A DNA stretch of 64,000 bases from Thermodesulfobacteriota bacterium (GTDB taxonomy: Bacteria > Desulfobacterota > Desulfobacteria > Desulfobacterales > SURF-7), in contig JBMORA010000009.1 in the NCBI GenBank assembly GCA_049320885.1, positions 288,001 through 352,000 on the forward strand, written 5' to 3'. This document shows, piece by piece, positions 50,973-59,715 of the stretch (position 1 is the stretch's first letter; every line of letters starts with the position of its first letter). The notes beneath the pieces were generated by a model. That model was not told where the DNA came from and did no database searches. It worked only from the letters and a program-made list of their open reading frames with translations. A program made the translations under genes and the position numbers.

Positions 50973-52501
50973 TTCCGCTGTTTCTCCAATCGGACGGCGT
51001 GCACGGTGCAGACCAGACAGGGATCGAAGGATCTCAGAATATGATCCGCCTCAATGGGCTCCTCCGGGTTCTTGATCGGCGCGCCGATCAGGGCCTGTTC
51101 CCATGGGCCCCTTATCCCTCCGGAGTCCCGGGGGGAGGCGTTCCAGGCGCTGGGGGTGATGATCTGGTAGGCGGCAATCTTCCCGTCCCGGATTTTGACC
51201 CAATGCCCCAAGGCGCCCCGCGGTGCTTCGATGAGGCCGAAGCCTTCACCGGTTTCGATCCGGTCATAGGATTGAAAATAGCGTTTCTCCTGAAGGCTGA
51301 TTTCTTTCAGCCATTGCTCCAGCACCGGCATGATCAGGGCCGGCCGGACGAGCCGCGCCAGTTGACGGGAAAAGGCTGTCGGGCCGCCGTTGTTCACCAA
51401 ATCCGTGAACAGCGGATTTCCGGCGATTATCATTTCCGCCAAAGGCCCTGTTTCCGCCGGCTTTCCGTCGTAACGGGGTGCTTTGGCCCAGGAGTATTTT
51501 TCACTCTCGCTACCCGTGGCATACGGGCGGGTCAGGCCCTCCATGGGCTGGCGGGCTCCGGAATACCCGCTGAACCAGGAGTGGGTGATGTCTTCCGCCA
51601 CGTTTTCCGGCCGGAATGGTTCCACCTTCCCGTCGTTGCCTGCAAACCCGGCGGGCAGCAGGTTGGGTCCGCCGTTGGGCGGTTTGACCGCGGTGTTCTG
51701 GGGCATGTCCAGCAACCCGTAACACAAGAAATTTCCATGCCCCCTGCCGATTTGTTCCAGACCGGCCTCCCGGGCAAAACGGATGAAGAAACCGATTTCC
51801 TTTTCCCGGTGGTCGGGATTTTCGTCCAGCCAGGCATCCAAATCGGCCCGGCCGGCGATCTCCTGCCAGCGTTCCAGGCGGCATCCCAGAAATTCCGTTT
51901 CATACCAGGAGCGAAAGCTGCTGAGCAGATACCGGCACTGCATGATTTCGTTGCGACTCGGCAGGGACACGACGCCTCCCGGCACCATAAAGGAGGAATG
52001 CGGCCATTGCCCGCCTAAAATGGCGACGATTTCCAGTATCTTTTTGGTATGATGGATCACCTGCCGGGTAACGCTGCCGGTCAGGAAGGGATAACGGCGC
52101 ACGGCCTCGTCATACAAAGAGTGATTCCGGTAAATCGGGCGGGCGAAGTCGCTCATGAACAACAGACAGCCGTGGCGGATGTCGTTTTGAAGCATTTCCA
52201 CCATGAGCGTGCCGTTGCGGATGCGCCGGGCGCCCCCCGGGACCTTGACGCCGGTGATCATGTCCAGGGCCTTGGCCGCCGCCTTCAGGTGGGCGGTGCT
52301 GCAAACGCCGCAAATCCGGGGTGTGATGACCAATCCGTCCAAGGCTCCGCGGCCCCGGAGGATGTTTTCGAATCCACGATACATGGTTCCGGCGCTCCAG
52401 GCATCCGTCACCACCCCGTCCTGGATTTCAAGCCGAACCTTGAGATCCCCCTCCACCCGGTTCAGCGGATAGATCTGAATATGTTTTCGCTGTGTGCTCA
52501 A
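50945..52501 (-). CDS. [NiFe] hydrogenase large subunit, group 2-like (putatively sensory)
   Basis: NRVEGDL, RGFE, L1 TPRICGVCSTAH, YSWAKAPR, EAPRGALGHW, L2 SFDPCLVCTVH; TTG start overlapping the small-subunit stop. Confidence 0.93.
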   Translation of the reverse strand: MSTQRKHIQIYPLNRVEGDLKVRLEIQDGVVTDAWSAGTMYRGFENILRGRGALDGLVITPRICGVCSTAHLKAAAKALDMITGVKVPGGARRIRNGTLMVEMLQNDIRHGCLLFMSDFARPIYRNHSLYDEAVRRYPFLTGSVTRQVIHHTKKILEIVAILGGQWPHSSFMVPGGVVSLPSRNEIMQCRYLLSSFRSWYETEFLGCRLERWQEIAGRADLDAWLDENPDHREKEIGFFIRFAREAGLEQIGRGHGNFLCYGLLDMPQNTAVKPPNGGPNLLPAGFAGNDGKVEPFRPENVAEDITHSWFSGYSGARQPMEGLTRPYATGSESEKYSWAKAPRYDGKPAETGPLAEMIIAGNPLFTDLVNNGGPTAFSRQLARLVRPALIMPVLEQWLKEISLQEKRYFQSYDRIETGEGFGLIEAPRGALGHWVKIRDGKIAAYQIITPSAWNASPRDSGGIRGPWEQALIGAPIKNPEEPIEADHILRSFDPCLVCTVHAVRLEKQRKCPKRSITG

Positions 52502-53436
52502 ATTTCCGTTTTCCTGGTTTTCAGTCGTTCAGGGGCGGCTGCCGCGGCCATGCCTTTATAAGCCAGATAATGGGCCCGGCTGACCCCGTCGGGCAGCTCG
52601 ATCGGGATCCCCTCGATATTGCGGGTTTCGAAGAAGGAATAATGCTGCGGGAAATCGGGCCGCGTGCAGCCGAAACACGGCACACCCACCCGGGTTTTGG
52701 ACGAACGCCGGTTCCACAAGCGTTTGTTGCAGGGGCCGGTTGCCAGGGGGCCGTGGCAGCCCAGATGAAAAAACATGCAGCCTTTTTCGCCGAACTGCTT
52801 CTCCTCCACGCGGAATTCGTGATATTCATTGCGCGTGCACCCCTGGTGCACCATCATGCCGTACCATTCCAGCGGCGTATGGTAACCGGTCAACACGAGT
52901 TCCTGGCCGGTCACAAGGGCCGCCAGCGTTCCGCAGATGATATCGCAATGGCAGGGGCATCCCGGCAGGTTGATGACCGGCATGCCGCTGCTGCTGCGAA
53001 ATTCCTCCCCCAGGAACCCGCCTTTTTCCCATTTATGAAACTGCATGCCCGTGGCCTCGATCTCACCGTCCGCCCCGATTCCGCCGAAACTGGCGCAGGT
53101 GCCGATGGCCAGGACATGATTGGCTTTTTTGGCCAGGGAGGCCACCAGGTTTTTTTTGGGCGCGCCATAGGCTTCGTCATACATGCCGGTTCCGCCCGGC
53201 CCCCGGATGATCGATCCCTCCACGCACAGAATGTCGAGCTTTTCCTCCTCGGCAATCAGGCGCTCGATCATGTGTTCCTGCTGCCGGACGGACTTGGCGG
53301 AGATCGAGGGATGCCAGAGCACGTCGATGTTCAAGAGCCGGAACAGTTCGATCACATCCGGTGTTTCGGCATTGAACAGGGACCAGGTATCGCCCCCGCA
53401 CCCGCCGCATTGAATCCAGTAAAGAGTGATGGACAT
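52498..53436 (-). CDS. [NiFe] hydrogenase small subunit, cytoplasmic (no Tat signal), HupU/HoxB-like
   Basis: WIQCGGCGGD, LWHPS, VEGS, GTCASFGG, NLPGCPCH, HQGCTRN, GCHGP, PCFGC. Confidence 0.92.
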   Translation of the reverse strand: MSITLYWIQCGGCGGDTWSLFNAETPDVIELFRLLNIDVLWHPSISAKSVRQQEHMIERLIAEEEKLDILCVEGSIIRGPGGTGMYDEAYGAPKKNLVASLAKKANHVLAIGTCASFGGIGADGEIEATGMQFHKWEKGGFLGEEFRSSSGMPVINLPGCPCHCDIICGTLAALVTGQELVLTGYHTPLEWYGMMVHQGCTRNEYHEFRVEEKQFGEKGCMFFHLGCHGPLATGPCNKRLWNRRSSKTRVGVPCFGCTRPDFPQHYSFFETRNIEGIPIELPDGVSRAHYLAYKGMAAAAAPERLKTRKTEI

Positions 53437-53828
53437 GGACCGCCTTTCTGAAAAGCGAACGAGATTGCATGATGGCCGTATTGAAAAATCATACCCTTTC
53501 ATGAGGGTGGATTTCAAGTATTATTCACCGGATAAGGTTGGCGAGGGGAAGAGTCAAGGCTTTCTATCCCGCAATCGAATTCGCCGGGAATCGCTTGAAA
53601 AAGGTCATCGGCCGTTGGGCGGGGTTTCAAGATTTTCAGTTTGGGGGCTCTCCTTGCTGTTCGATTCCTTTCAAATACACGGAATAACCCGCGTTGATCC
53701 ATTTGATCGCCCGGCTCAGGTTCGGATAAGGAGTTACCATCGCAACACTCACAGGCGCCAACTTGTTTGGCTTCCTATGGGGGGCGGCAGCAGTTGATTT
53801 GATAGCGCCATTGCAACCATGTGGATTT

Positions 53829-54038
53829 TCAAAAAGGGATGTCTTCCTCTTCAGAATCCTCATCGAAAGGCATCATTTCAGTTGCGAGCTGTAAAAATAC
53901 CCCCTGTGATTCACACAAATTCTTTATGATTCGGCTATAGGCTTCTTTTTCATTTATGTTTTTTGCTTTGGACATTCCCTTCAGTGCTGAATTGATTTCT
54001 TTGGATAAACCATCCATAATTGTTTCCGGATCCATCAC
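53829..54038 (-). CDS. Small acidic hypothetical protein
   Basis: RBS AAGGAG, 69 aa, acidic tail ending EEEDIPF. Confidence 0.65.
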   Translation of the reverse strand: MMDPETIMDGLSKEINSALKGMSKAKNINEKEAYSRIIKNLCESQGVFLQLATEMMPFDEDSEEEDIPF

Positions 54039-54052
54039 AGCTCCTTTTCTAT
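53963..54052. repeat. 90-bp direct repeat copy 1 (RBS + 5' end of the small gene)
   Basis: 82/90 identical to 54801-54890 by manual alignment. Confidence 0.88.
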
Positions 54053-54197
54053 TTTTGATGCGAACGGTTAGGTTTTTATACAGCGTCCCGCATGTAGGAT
54101 TATCAATAATGATGCAATATCCCAGAAGTCAATTATTCTCCTGTCCTGTCCCAAATTTTCTTTTTGCGCGTCCCACACAAGCGGAATCTCGGTCGGT

Positions 54198-54476
54198 TTA
54201 TTTTTTCACTTCAACCAAATTTCCGTTGATGAATTTGTGGATAATGCTGGATACGTAAGTCTGATACGGCAAGCCTTCAATAACAGCTCTTTTCTGAAGC
54301 TCAAGAAGATCTTTTTCCGAAATCCGTATATTTAACCTCTTATCCTTGCGTAACGTATTACGTGCATAGGCTATTAATTCTTTTTTTCTTTTTGGGAGGT
54401 TTGTAACTGGCACCCACTCATCTTTCTCGAAACTATCGAGTATTTCTTTTTCTTCTTTCGTTAATTTTGTCTTCAT
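54198..54476 (-). CDS. Antitoxin, CopG/BrnA-like ribbon-helix-helix protein
   Basis: EEKEILDSFE, KDKRLNIRISEKDL, GLPYQTYVSSIIHK; RBS GGAGG. Confidence 0.8.
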   Translation of the reverse strand: MKTKLTKEEKEILDSFEKDEWVPVTNLPKRKKELIAYARNTLRKDKRLNIRISEKDLLELQKRAVIEGLPYQTYVSSIIHKFINGNLVEVKK

Positions 54477-54750
54477 TATTTCCTCCAAGATATCTTTGTG
54501 TTGCCTTCCTACAGGGAATAATGGTTTTGAGAAATACTTCTTCATTATTCTCGACATAAGGAATGAGATAGGCATAATTGGAAATATTGATAACCATAAT
54601 TCGCTGTCCGGGGTAATCTTTTTGATTGGGATGCAGGTAGTCATCTAATAAGTCACCTCTTTCAATAAAAAACACCACATCCTCAAAACAGATGCCCCGA
54701 GACGACTTAAGCGCGACGCTCTTTTCTGTGTTCCAGTTTATGTATTTCAT
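54433..54750 (-). CDS. Toxin, BrnT-like RelE-superfamily ribonuclease
   Basis: WNTEK, RGICFEDV, HPNQKDYPGQ, YAYLIPYV, FLKTIIPCRK; lies upstream of and overlaps the antitoxin. Confidence 0.8.
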   Translation of the reverse strand: MKYINWNTEKSVALKSSRGICFEDVVFFIERGDLLDDYLHPNQKDYPGQRIMVINISNYAYLIPYVENNEEVFLKTIIPCRKATQRYLGGNNEDKINERRKRNTR

Positions 54751-54756
54751 GATTAT

Positions 54757-54775
54757 ATATTAGCACAATGTGTGC
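54757..54775 (-). promoter_or_regulatory. Extended -10 promoter and palindromic operator of the TA operon
   Basis: Minus strand TG-c-TAATAT, 6 nt before the toxin ATG; palindrome GCACA-atg-TGTGC (54763-54775). Confidence 0.5.
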
Positions 54776-54876
54776 ATTATGGAAACATATATTTTGCTTG
54801 TTGCTTTGGGCATTGCCTTCAATGCTGAATTGATCTCTTTCGATAAACCATCCATAATTGTTTCCGGATCCGCCAC
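54760..54876 (-). pseudogene. Truncated 5' copy of the 53829-54038 gene (contains most of repeat copy 2, 54801-54890)
   Basis: GTG-ADPETIMDGLSKEINSALKAMPKA, then diverges and stops after 38 codons. Confidence 0.75.
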
Positions 54877-55040
54877 AGCTCCTTCTCTATATATATTGGG
54901 ATTGTAAAGAGGTTGTTCCAGCGGTTTCATCATGCGATTTTCGCTTTCTCGATCAACGCGACGGAAACGATTGACAAGCCGTCGCGATTCATTCAACAAT
55001 GCATCCATGATTCCCCTCACTGGAAAAGGATAGAGGAACC

Positions 55041-56513
55041 ATGACCTTACCCCTGAAAGACAAGAGCCTGTGGAAGGAAGAAGCCTTTGTCAACGGTGCT
55101 TGGCTGCCGGCCGCATCCGGCGACACTATCCCGGTGTTCAATCCGGCCGATGGCCGGGAAATCGGCAAGGTTCCCGATTTGGCGCCTTTGGAAATCCAGG
55201 CAGCCGTCCAGTGCGCCCATGAGGCCTTGGGGAACTGGCGCTCCATGACCGCGAAGAAACGGTCCGGAATTCTACGGCGGTGGTTCGAGCTGATTCTCCG
55301 GAATCAGGACGATCTGGCCGCGATCATGACCGCCGAACAGGGCAAGCCGTTCGCGGAGGCCCGCGGCGAAATCGCCTATGCCGCCGCCTTTGTCGAGTGG
55401 TTCGCCGAGGAGGCCAAACGCGCTTACGGCGACATCATTCCGTCCCCCATGCACGACAGCCGGATTCTGGTGCTCAAGGCGCCGGTGGGGGTCTGCGCCG
55501 CCATCACGCCCTGGAATTTTCCGGCCGCCATGATCACCCGCAAGGCGGCGCCGGCCCTGGCCGCCGGCTGCACCATGATCGTCAAGCCGGCCTCCCAGAC
55601 GCCTTTTTCCGCCCTGGCGCTGGCGGAGTTGGCCGTCCTGGCCGGAATTCCCCCCGGGGTTCTGAATATCGTCACCGGCCGCTCGGAAAGCGTTGGTCCG
55701 GTGTTGACCGGTCATCCACTGGTGCGCAAGCTGAGCTTCACCGGTTCCACCGCAACCGGCAAGCTGCTAATGCAACAGTGCGCCGGGACCGTCAAGAAGG
55801 TTTCCCTGGAATTGGGCGGGCACGCGCCGTTTCTCGTTTTCGCCGACGCCGATCCGGATGAGGCCGTGGCCGGCGCCATGGCTTCGAAATACCGGAATTC
55901 CGGACAAACCTGCATTTGCGCCAACCGGTTTCTGGTTCAGGCGCCGATTTATGAAGCCTTCACCGAGAGGCTCGCGGCAGCGGCGGGACGGCTCAAGGTC
56001 GCCGACGGATTCGAGGAAGGCGCCCAGCAGGGACCGCTGATCGACATGCCGGCGGTTCAAAAAGTGACCGATCAGATCCGGGACGCCGTAGCCAAAGGCG
56101 CCAAAATCCTCCTGGGTGGCAACCGCCATGCCCTGGGCGGGACGTTTTTCGAGCCCACCGTGCTCGGCGAGGTCACGAGCGACATGCGTATCGCCCAGGA
56201 AGAAACCTTCGGGCCGGTGGCCCCGGTTTTCCGCTTTCAAACCGAGGAGGAGGCCGTCCGTCTGGCCAACCTGACGGAATACGGTCTGGCCGCCTATCTG
56301 TATACCCGGGACATGGGCCGCATCTGGCGCGTTGCCGAGGCGCTCGAATACGGAATGGTGGGCATTAATACCGGTTCGATCTCCACGGAATCGGCGCCCT
56401 TCGGCGGCATGAAGCAATCCGGCATCGGCCGGGAGGGTTCCCGGTATGGGATGGACGAATATCTGGAAATCAAATACCTGTGCCTGGGCGGGGTGAGCAA
56501 CCCCCACGCATAG
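55041..56513 (+). CDS. gabD: NAD(P)-dependent succinate-semialdehyde dehydrogenase
   Basis: ITPWNFPAAMITRK, SFTGST, SLELGGHAP, RNSGQTCICANR, EETFGP, GREGS. Confidence 0.92.
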   Translation: MTLPLKDKSLWKEEAFVNGAWLPAASGDTIPVFNPADGREIGKVPDLAPLEIQAAVQCAHEALGNWRSMTAKKRSGILRRWFELILRNQDDLAAIMTAEQGKPFAEARGEIAYAAAFVEWFAEEAKRAYGDIIPSPMHDSRILVLKAPVGVCAAITPWNFPAAMITRKAAPALAAGCTMIVKPASQTPFSALALAELAVLAGIPPGVLNIVTGRSESVGPVLTGHPLVRKLSFTGSTATGKLLMQQCAGTVKKVSLELGGHAPFLVFADADPDEAVAGAMASKYRNSGQTCICANRFLVQAPIYEAFTERLAAAAGRLKVADGFEEGAQQGPLIDMPAVQKVTDQIRDAVAKGAKILLGGNRHALGGTFFEPTVLGEVTSDMRIAQEETFGPVAPVFRFQTEEEAVRLANLTEYGLAAYLYTRDMGRIWRVAEALEYGMVGINTGSISTESAPFGGMKQSGIGREGSRYGMDEYLEIKYLCLGGVSNPHA

Positions 56514-56532
56514 CGGGGGCGGAAATACAGGC

Positions 56533-57165
56533 ATGATTCATTTCTTGATCATCGGAATCGTATTGGGATTATCCGCCGGATGCTCACCGGGGCCGCTATT
56601 GACCCTGGTCATTTCGGAAACGCTTCGGCATGATATCGCCTCCGGCATAAGGGTAGCGGTCGCCCCCCTGGTCACCGATTTGCCCATCATCCTCTTGACA
56701 CTCTTCATTTCGGCACAGCTGGTCAACTTTCATGCCATCCTGGGTTTTATTTCTCTGGCTGGTGGTTTTTTTGTTTTGCGGCTGGGCGTCGCCGGCATCC
56801 GCTCGAAAGGAACGGAACTGCAGATCGTTCAGGAGAAGAAGCCGGCATCCTTGACAAAAGGGATCGTGGCCAATGCCCTCAGCCCGCATCCCTATCTGTT
56901 TTGGCTCAGCGTCGGCGCGCCGACAATGGCCAGCGCGATGAAAGTCGACGGTATGGCGCCGTTGGCTTTCATCGGTGGTTTCTATGTATTTCTGGTGGGC
57001 TCCAAAATGGTGCTGGCCATTCTAGTCGGCAAATCAAAAATGTTTTTGAGCGGCAAGGTGTACCGATACACGCTGCGTTTCCTCGGGTTGTTGCTATGCG
57101 GTTTCGCCGTCGTTCTTTTACACGAGGGGCTCACCTTTTTGGGAATGGCGTGGAAAGCGACTTGA
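56533..57165 (+). CDS. LysE-family translocator
   Basis: SPGP, NALSPHPYLFW, about 6 TM. Confidence 0.85.
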   Translation: MIHFLIIGIVLGLSAGCSPGPLLTLVISETLRHDIASGIRVAVAPLVTDLPIILLTLFISAQLVNFHAILGFISLAGGFFVLRLGVAGIRSKGTELQIVQEKKPASLTKGIVANALSPHPYLFWLSVGAPTMASAMKVDGMAPLAFIGGFYVFLVGSKMVLAILVGKSKMFLSGKVYRYTLRFLGLLLCGFAVVLLHEGLTFLGMAWKAT

Positions 57166-57189
57166 ACCCTCCTGATCCGGTCGCCCGGA

Positions 57190-58470
57190 TTAGATCTTCC
57201 CGGCGGCGGCAGGCCTTTCTTTTTTCGGTGAAAGCCAGGCAAAAGGCCCGCTGTCTTTCCGTGCACCGGTTTTGGGTTTGGCAACGGTCCTGGTAACCGA
57301 GGGCTGGCGCCGGCGCGCCGGGGCAGCGGTCTTTTTTTCCGGTTGGGCGGCCTCGTAATTAAAGTTGGTCAATGTGCGGCGCTCCACATGACAACCGACG
57401 GCCCGGTTAATGGCTTTCACCATCAAAGAATCATCTTCGGTAATCAGGGTGAACGCTTCTCCGCTGCATTCAGCCCGCCCGGTGCGGCCGATGCGATGGA
57501 TATAAGCCTCGGGCGTGGTGGGAATGTCGTAATTGATGACATGGGAAATATTGGAAACATCGATGCCGCGGGCGGCGATATCCGTGGCCACCAGAATTTG
57601 AAATTCACCGGAACGGAAGCCGTCCAGGGCCGCCTGGCGCCGCGCCTGGGACAGGTTGCCCTGCAGCGAGGTCGAACGGTAGCCGGCCTTGGCCAGTTTT
57701 TCACCAAGACTCTTGGCGCGAAACTTGGTGCGGGTGAACACCAGGACCGAACCGGTGCGGGTTTGGCCGATCAGTTTGATCAACAGCGCGGTCTTTAAAT
57801 GCTGGGCGACGGGGTACATGGCGTGGCTGACGGTCTCCGCGGGGGCCGTGGTTCCGATCTGGACCGTAACCGGATTCCGCAGGATGTCCGTTGCCAGGCT
57901 GCGAATCGCTTCCGGCATGGTGGCTGAAAACAGCAGCGTCTGGCGATTTTTGGCCGGCACGTGGGTCAAAATGCGGCGGATATCCGGGAAAAAACCCATA
58001 TCGAACATCTGGTCGGCTTCGTCCAGCACCAGTACTTCCAGCCTGGAAAGATCGACGGTCCGTCTGGCGATATGGTCCAAAAGACGGCCGGGACAAGCTA
58101 CGACGATGTTCGCGCGTTTCAGGTCCTTGATCTGGGGATTGATCCCCACCCCGCCGTACACCACCGCGCTGCGCAAGCGGGTCTGCCGCCCCAGAGTCTC
58201 GATGGCAACATGGATCTGTTCGGCCAATTCGCGGGTGGGGGCAATGATCAGCGCGCCGACATGGTCGCGGGGGCCGTTGATCAGCCGGTGAAGAATCGGT
58301 AAGGCAAAAGCGGCGGTCTTGCCGGTACCGGTCTGGGCCAGCCCCATTACATCGCGGCCTTGCATTACTTCGGGAATGGCCTGTGTCTGAATGGGGGTGG
58401 GAGTGATATATCCGGCTGCCTTGATGCCTTCGGCAACAGCGGAGTTGAATGAAAAATCGTTAAAATTCAA
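57190..58470 (-). CDS. rhlE: DEAD-box RNA helicase (RhlE-like)
   Basis: PTPIQ, AQTGTGKT, PTRELA, DEAD, SAT, ARGID, HRIGRTGRA; TTG start after AAGGA. Confidence 0.9.
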   Translation of the reverse strand: MNFNDFSFNSAVAEGIKAAGYITPTPIQTQAIPEVMQGRDVMGLAQTGTGKTAAFALPILHRLINGPRDHVGALIIAPTRELAEQIHVAIETLGRQTRLRSAVVYGGVGINPQIKDLKRANIVVACPGRLLDHIARRTVDLSRLEVLVLDEADQMFDMGFFPDIRRILTHVPAKNRQTLLFSATMPEAIRSLATDILRNPVTVQIGTTAPAETVSHAMYPVAQHLKTALLIKLIGQTRTGSVLVFTRTKFRAKSLGEKLAKAGYRSTSLQGNLSQARRQAALDGFRSGEFQILVATDIAARGIDVSNISHVINYDIPTTPEAYIHRIGRTGRAECSGEAFTLITEDDSLMVKAINRAVGCHVERRTLTNFNYEAAQPEKKTAAPARRRQPSVTRTVAKPKTGARKDSGPFAWLSPKKERPAAAGKI

Positions 58471-58716
58471 ATGAATATAATCCTTTCTTGAGATCGATGG
58501 TGTCGATCCCGGGTTGTGTCCGCAAGGATTCCGCACGTCCATGCTTCTGGTTGGAAACGCTTCCGGACGAAAGTCGGCATATCCCACGGATCAATTCCGG
58601 GGCTTGCCGCCATGTGGTTTGTTGTATCCTGGAAATTTCGCGGTAGGAGTTTCCAGGGGCACGCCTTCCTGTCGGCAGGCATGCCCCGTTTTCCGTTTTG
58701 GCAGTGAAACGAAACC

Positions 58717-58917
58717 TTAGATTACCTTGACATTGACTGCGGCAGGACCTTTTTTTCCCTGTTCAATGTCAAAGGTTACCCGGTCGCCTTCATTCAGGCT
58801 CTTATAACCGCTTGCGATTATGCCTGAATGATGAACAAACACGTCCGGTCCGTTTTCCTGTTCGATGAAACCGAAACCTTTTTGGCTGTTAAACCATTTT
58901 ACGATGCCATTGGCCAT
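58717..58917 (-). CDS. csp: Cold-shock protein (CspA family)
   Basis: VKWFN, KGFGFI, DVFVH. Confidence 0.95.
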   Translation of the reverse strand: MANGIVKWFNSQKGFGFIEQENGPDVFVHHSGIIASGYKSLNEGDRVTFDIEQGKKGPAAVNVKVI

Positions 58918-59181
58918 GATAACACCCTCCTTTCTTCATGTAGTATTCAAAATTTTAACCTGGAGGATGCTTCATGTAGTTACTGAATGGTTCCTGCAGA
59001 AAAAAATCGCCTCACTGCTTCCCTGATGGTGGAGGCCTGGTTGAATGGCGACATCATAGACCAATTTTCAGTAAAAGCAAGCGATTTGTTGCAAGGTGGG
59101 AAAAAACCCTGCCGGGAGGGGGGCTCCGGCGACCTGGGTGCTTCGATTTATTGGGTCTTATCAGAGCGGTTTGTTACCGGC

Positions 59182-59210
59182 TTGACAAGCGGGCGCCATT
59201 TCATTATATT
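59182..59210 (+). promoter_or_regulatory. Sigma70 promoter of arsR
   Basis: TTGACA-N17-TATATT. Confidence 0.65.
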
Positions 59211-59234
59211 CCGATTTAACGATATGGAGGCAGT

Positions 59235-59585
59235 ATGAGGGATTTTATCAAGGTAATGAAGGCCCTTTCCGATCCGAATCGGGTAAAGATGATCAAGCTG
59301 TTGCAGCGGCGGGTGCTCTGCGTGTGCGAAATCACGGAAGCGCTGGGTCTGGCCCAGTCGACGGCCAGCAAGCATCTGAAGATTCTGGAGGAGGCCGGCC
59401 TAATTACCTATTCAAAAGAAGGGCTGTGGGTCAATTATCGCCAAACGGATGGGTCGAATAGTCCCTATGTGGCCACCCTGCTGGGGAATTTGCGCCACTG
59501 GCTCGAGGAGGATGCGGAAATTGCACAACTGGTGAAGCAGTTGCCCCACATTCGGCGGGAAACCATTTGCGGGAATGGCCTGTAA
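59235..59585 (+). CDS. arsR: ArsR/SmtB metalloregulator
   Basis: KALSDPNR, LCVCEI, QSTASKHLKIL, GLWVNY. Confidence 0.92.
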   Translation: MRDFIKVMKALSDPNRVKMIKLLQRRVLCVCEITEALGLAQSTASKHLKILEEAGLITYSKEGLWVNYRQTDGSNSPYVATLLGNLRHWLEEDAEIAQLVKQLPHIRRETICGNGL

Positions 59586-59600
59586 TGTTTTTGTGACGAG

Positions 59601-59622
59601 TATATCGCCGTATGGCGAAATA
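59601..59622. promoter_or_regulatory. Inverted repeat, putative ArsR operator (or terminator)
   Basis: TATATCGCC-gtat-GGCGAAATA, between arsR and the permease. Confidence 0.55.
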
Positions 59623-59715
59623 TAAACACCGGATCGCGGGGGGACAGGCCCTCCCGGGACATGACGGTTGCGCGTCCCGGTGACCGTAATTCATCTCATC
59701 GGAAGGATTGCAGTG

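Noticed and set aside
53481..53517. Imperfect inverted repeat upstream of the hydrogenase small subunit
   Set aside because: Needs several bulges and has no second copy; no sigma54 -24/-12 motif recognised; too weak to call an operator
53514..53863. Short ORFs between the hydrogenase and the TA islet
   Set aside because: No RBS or recognisable motifs; probably non-coding
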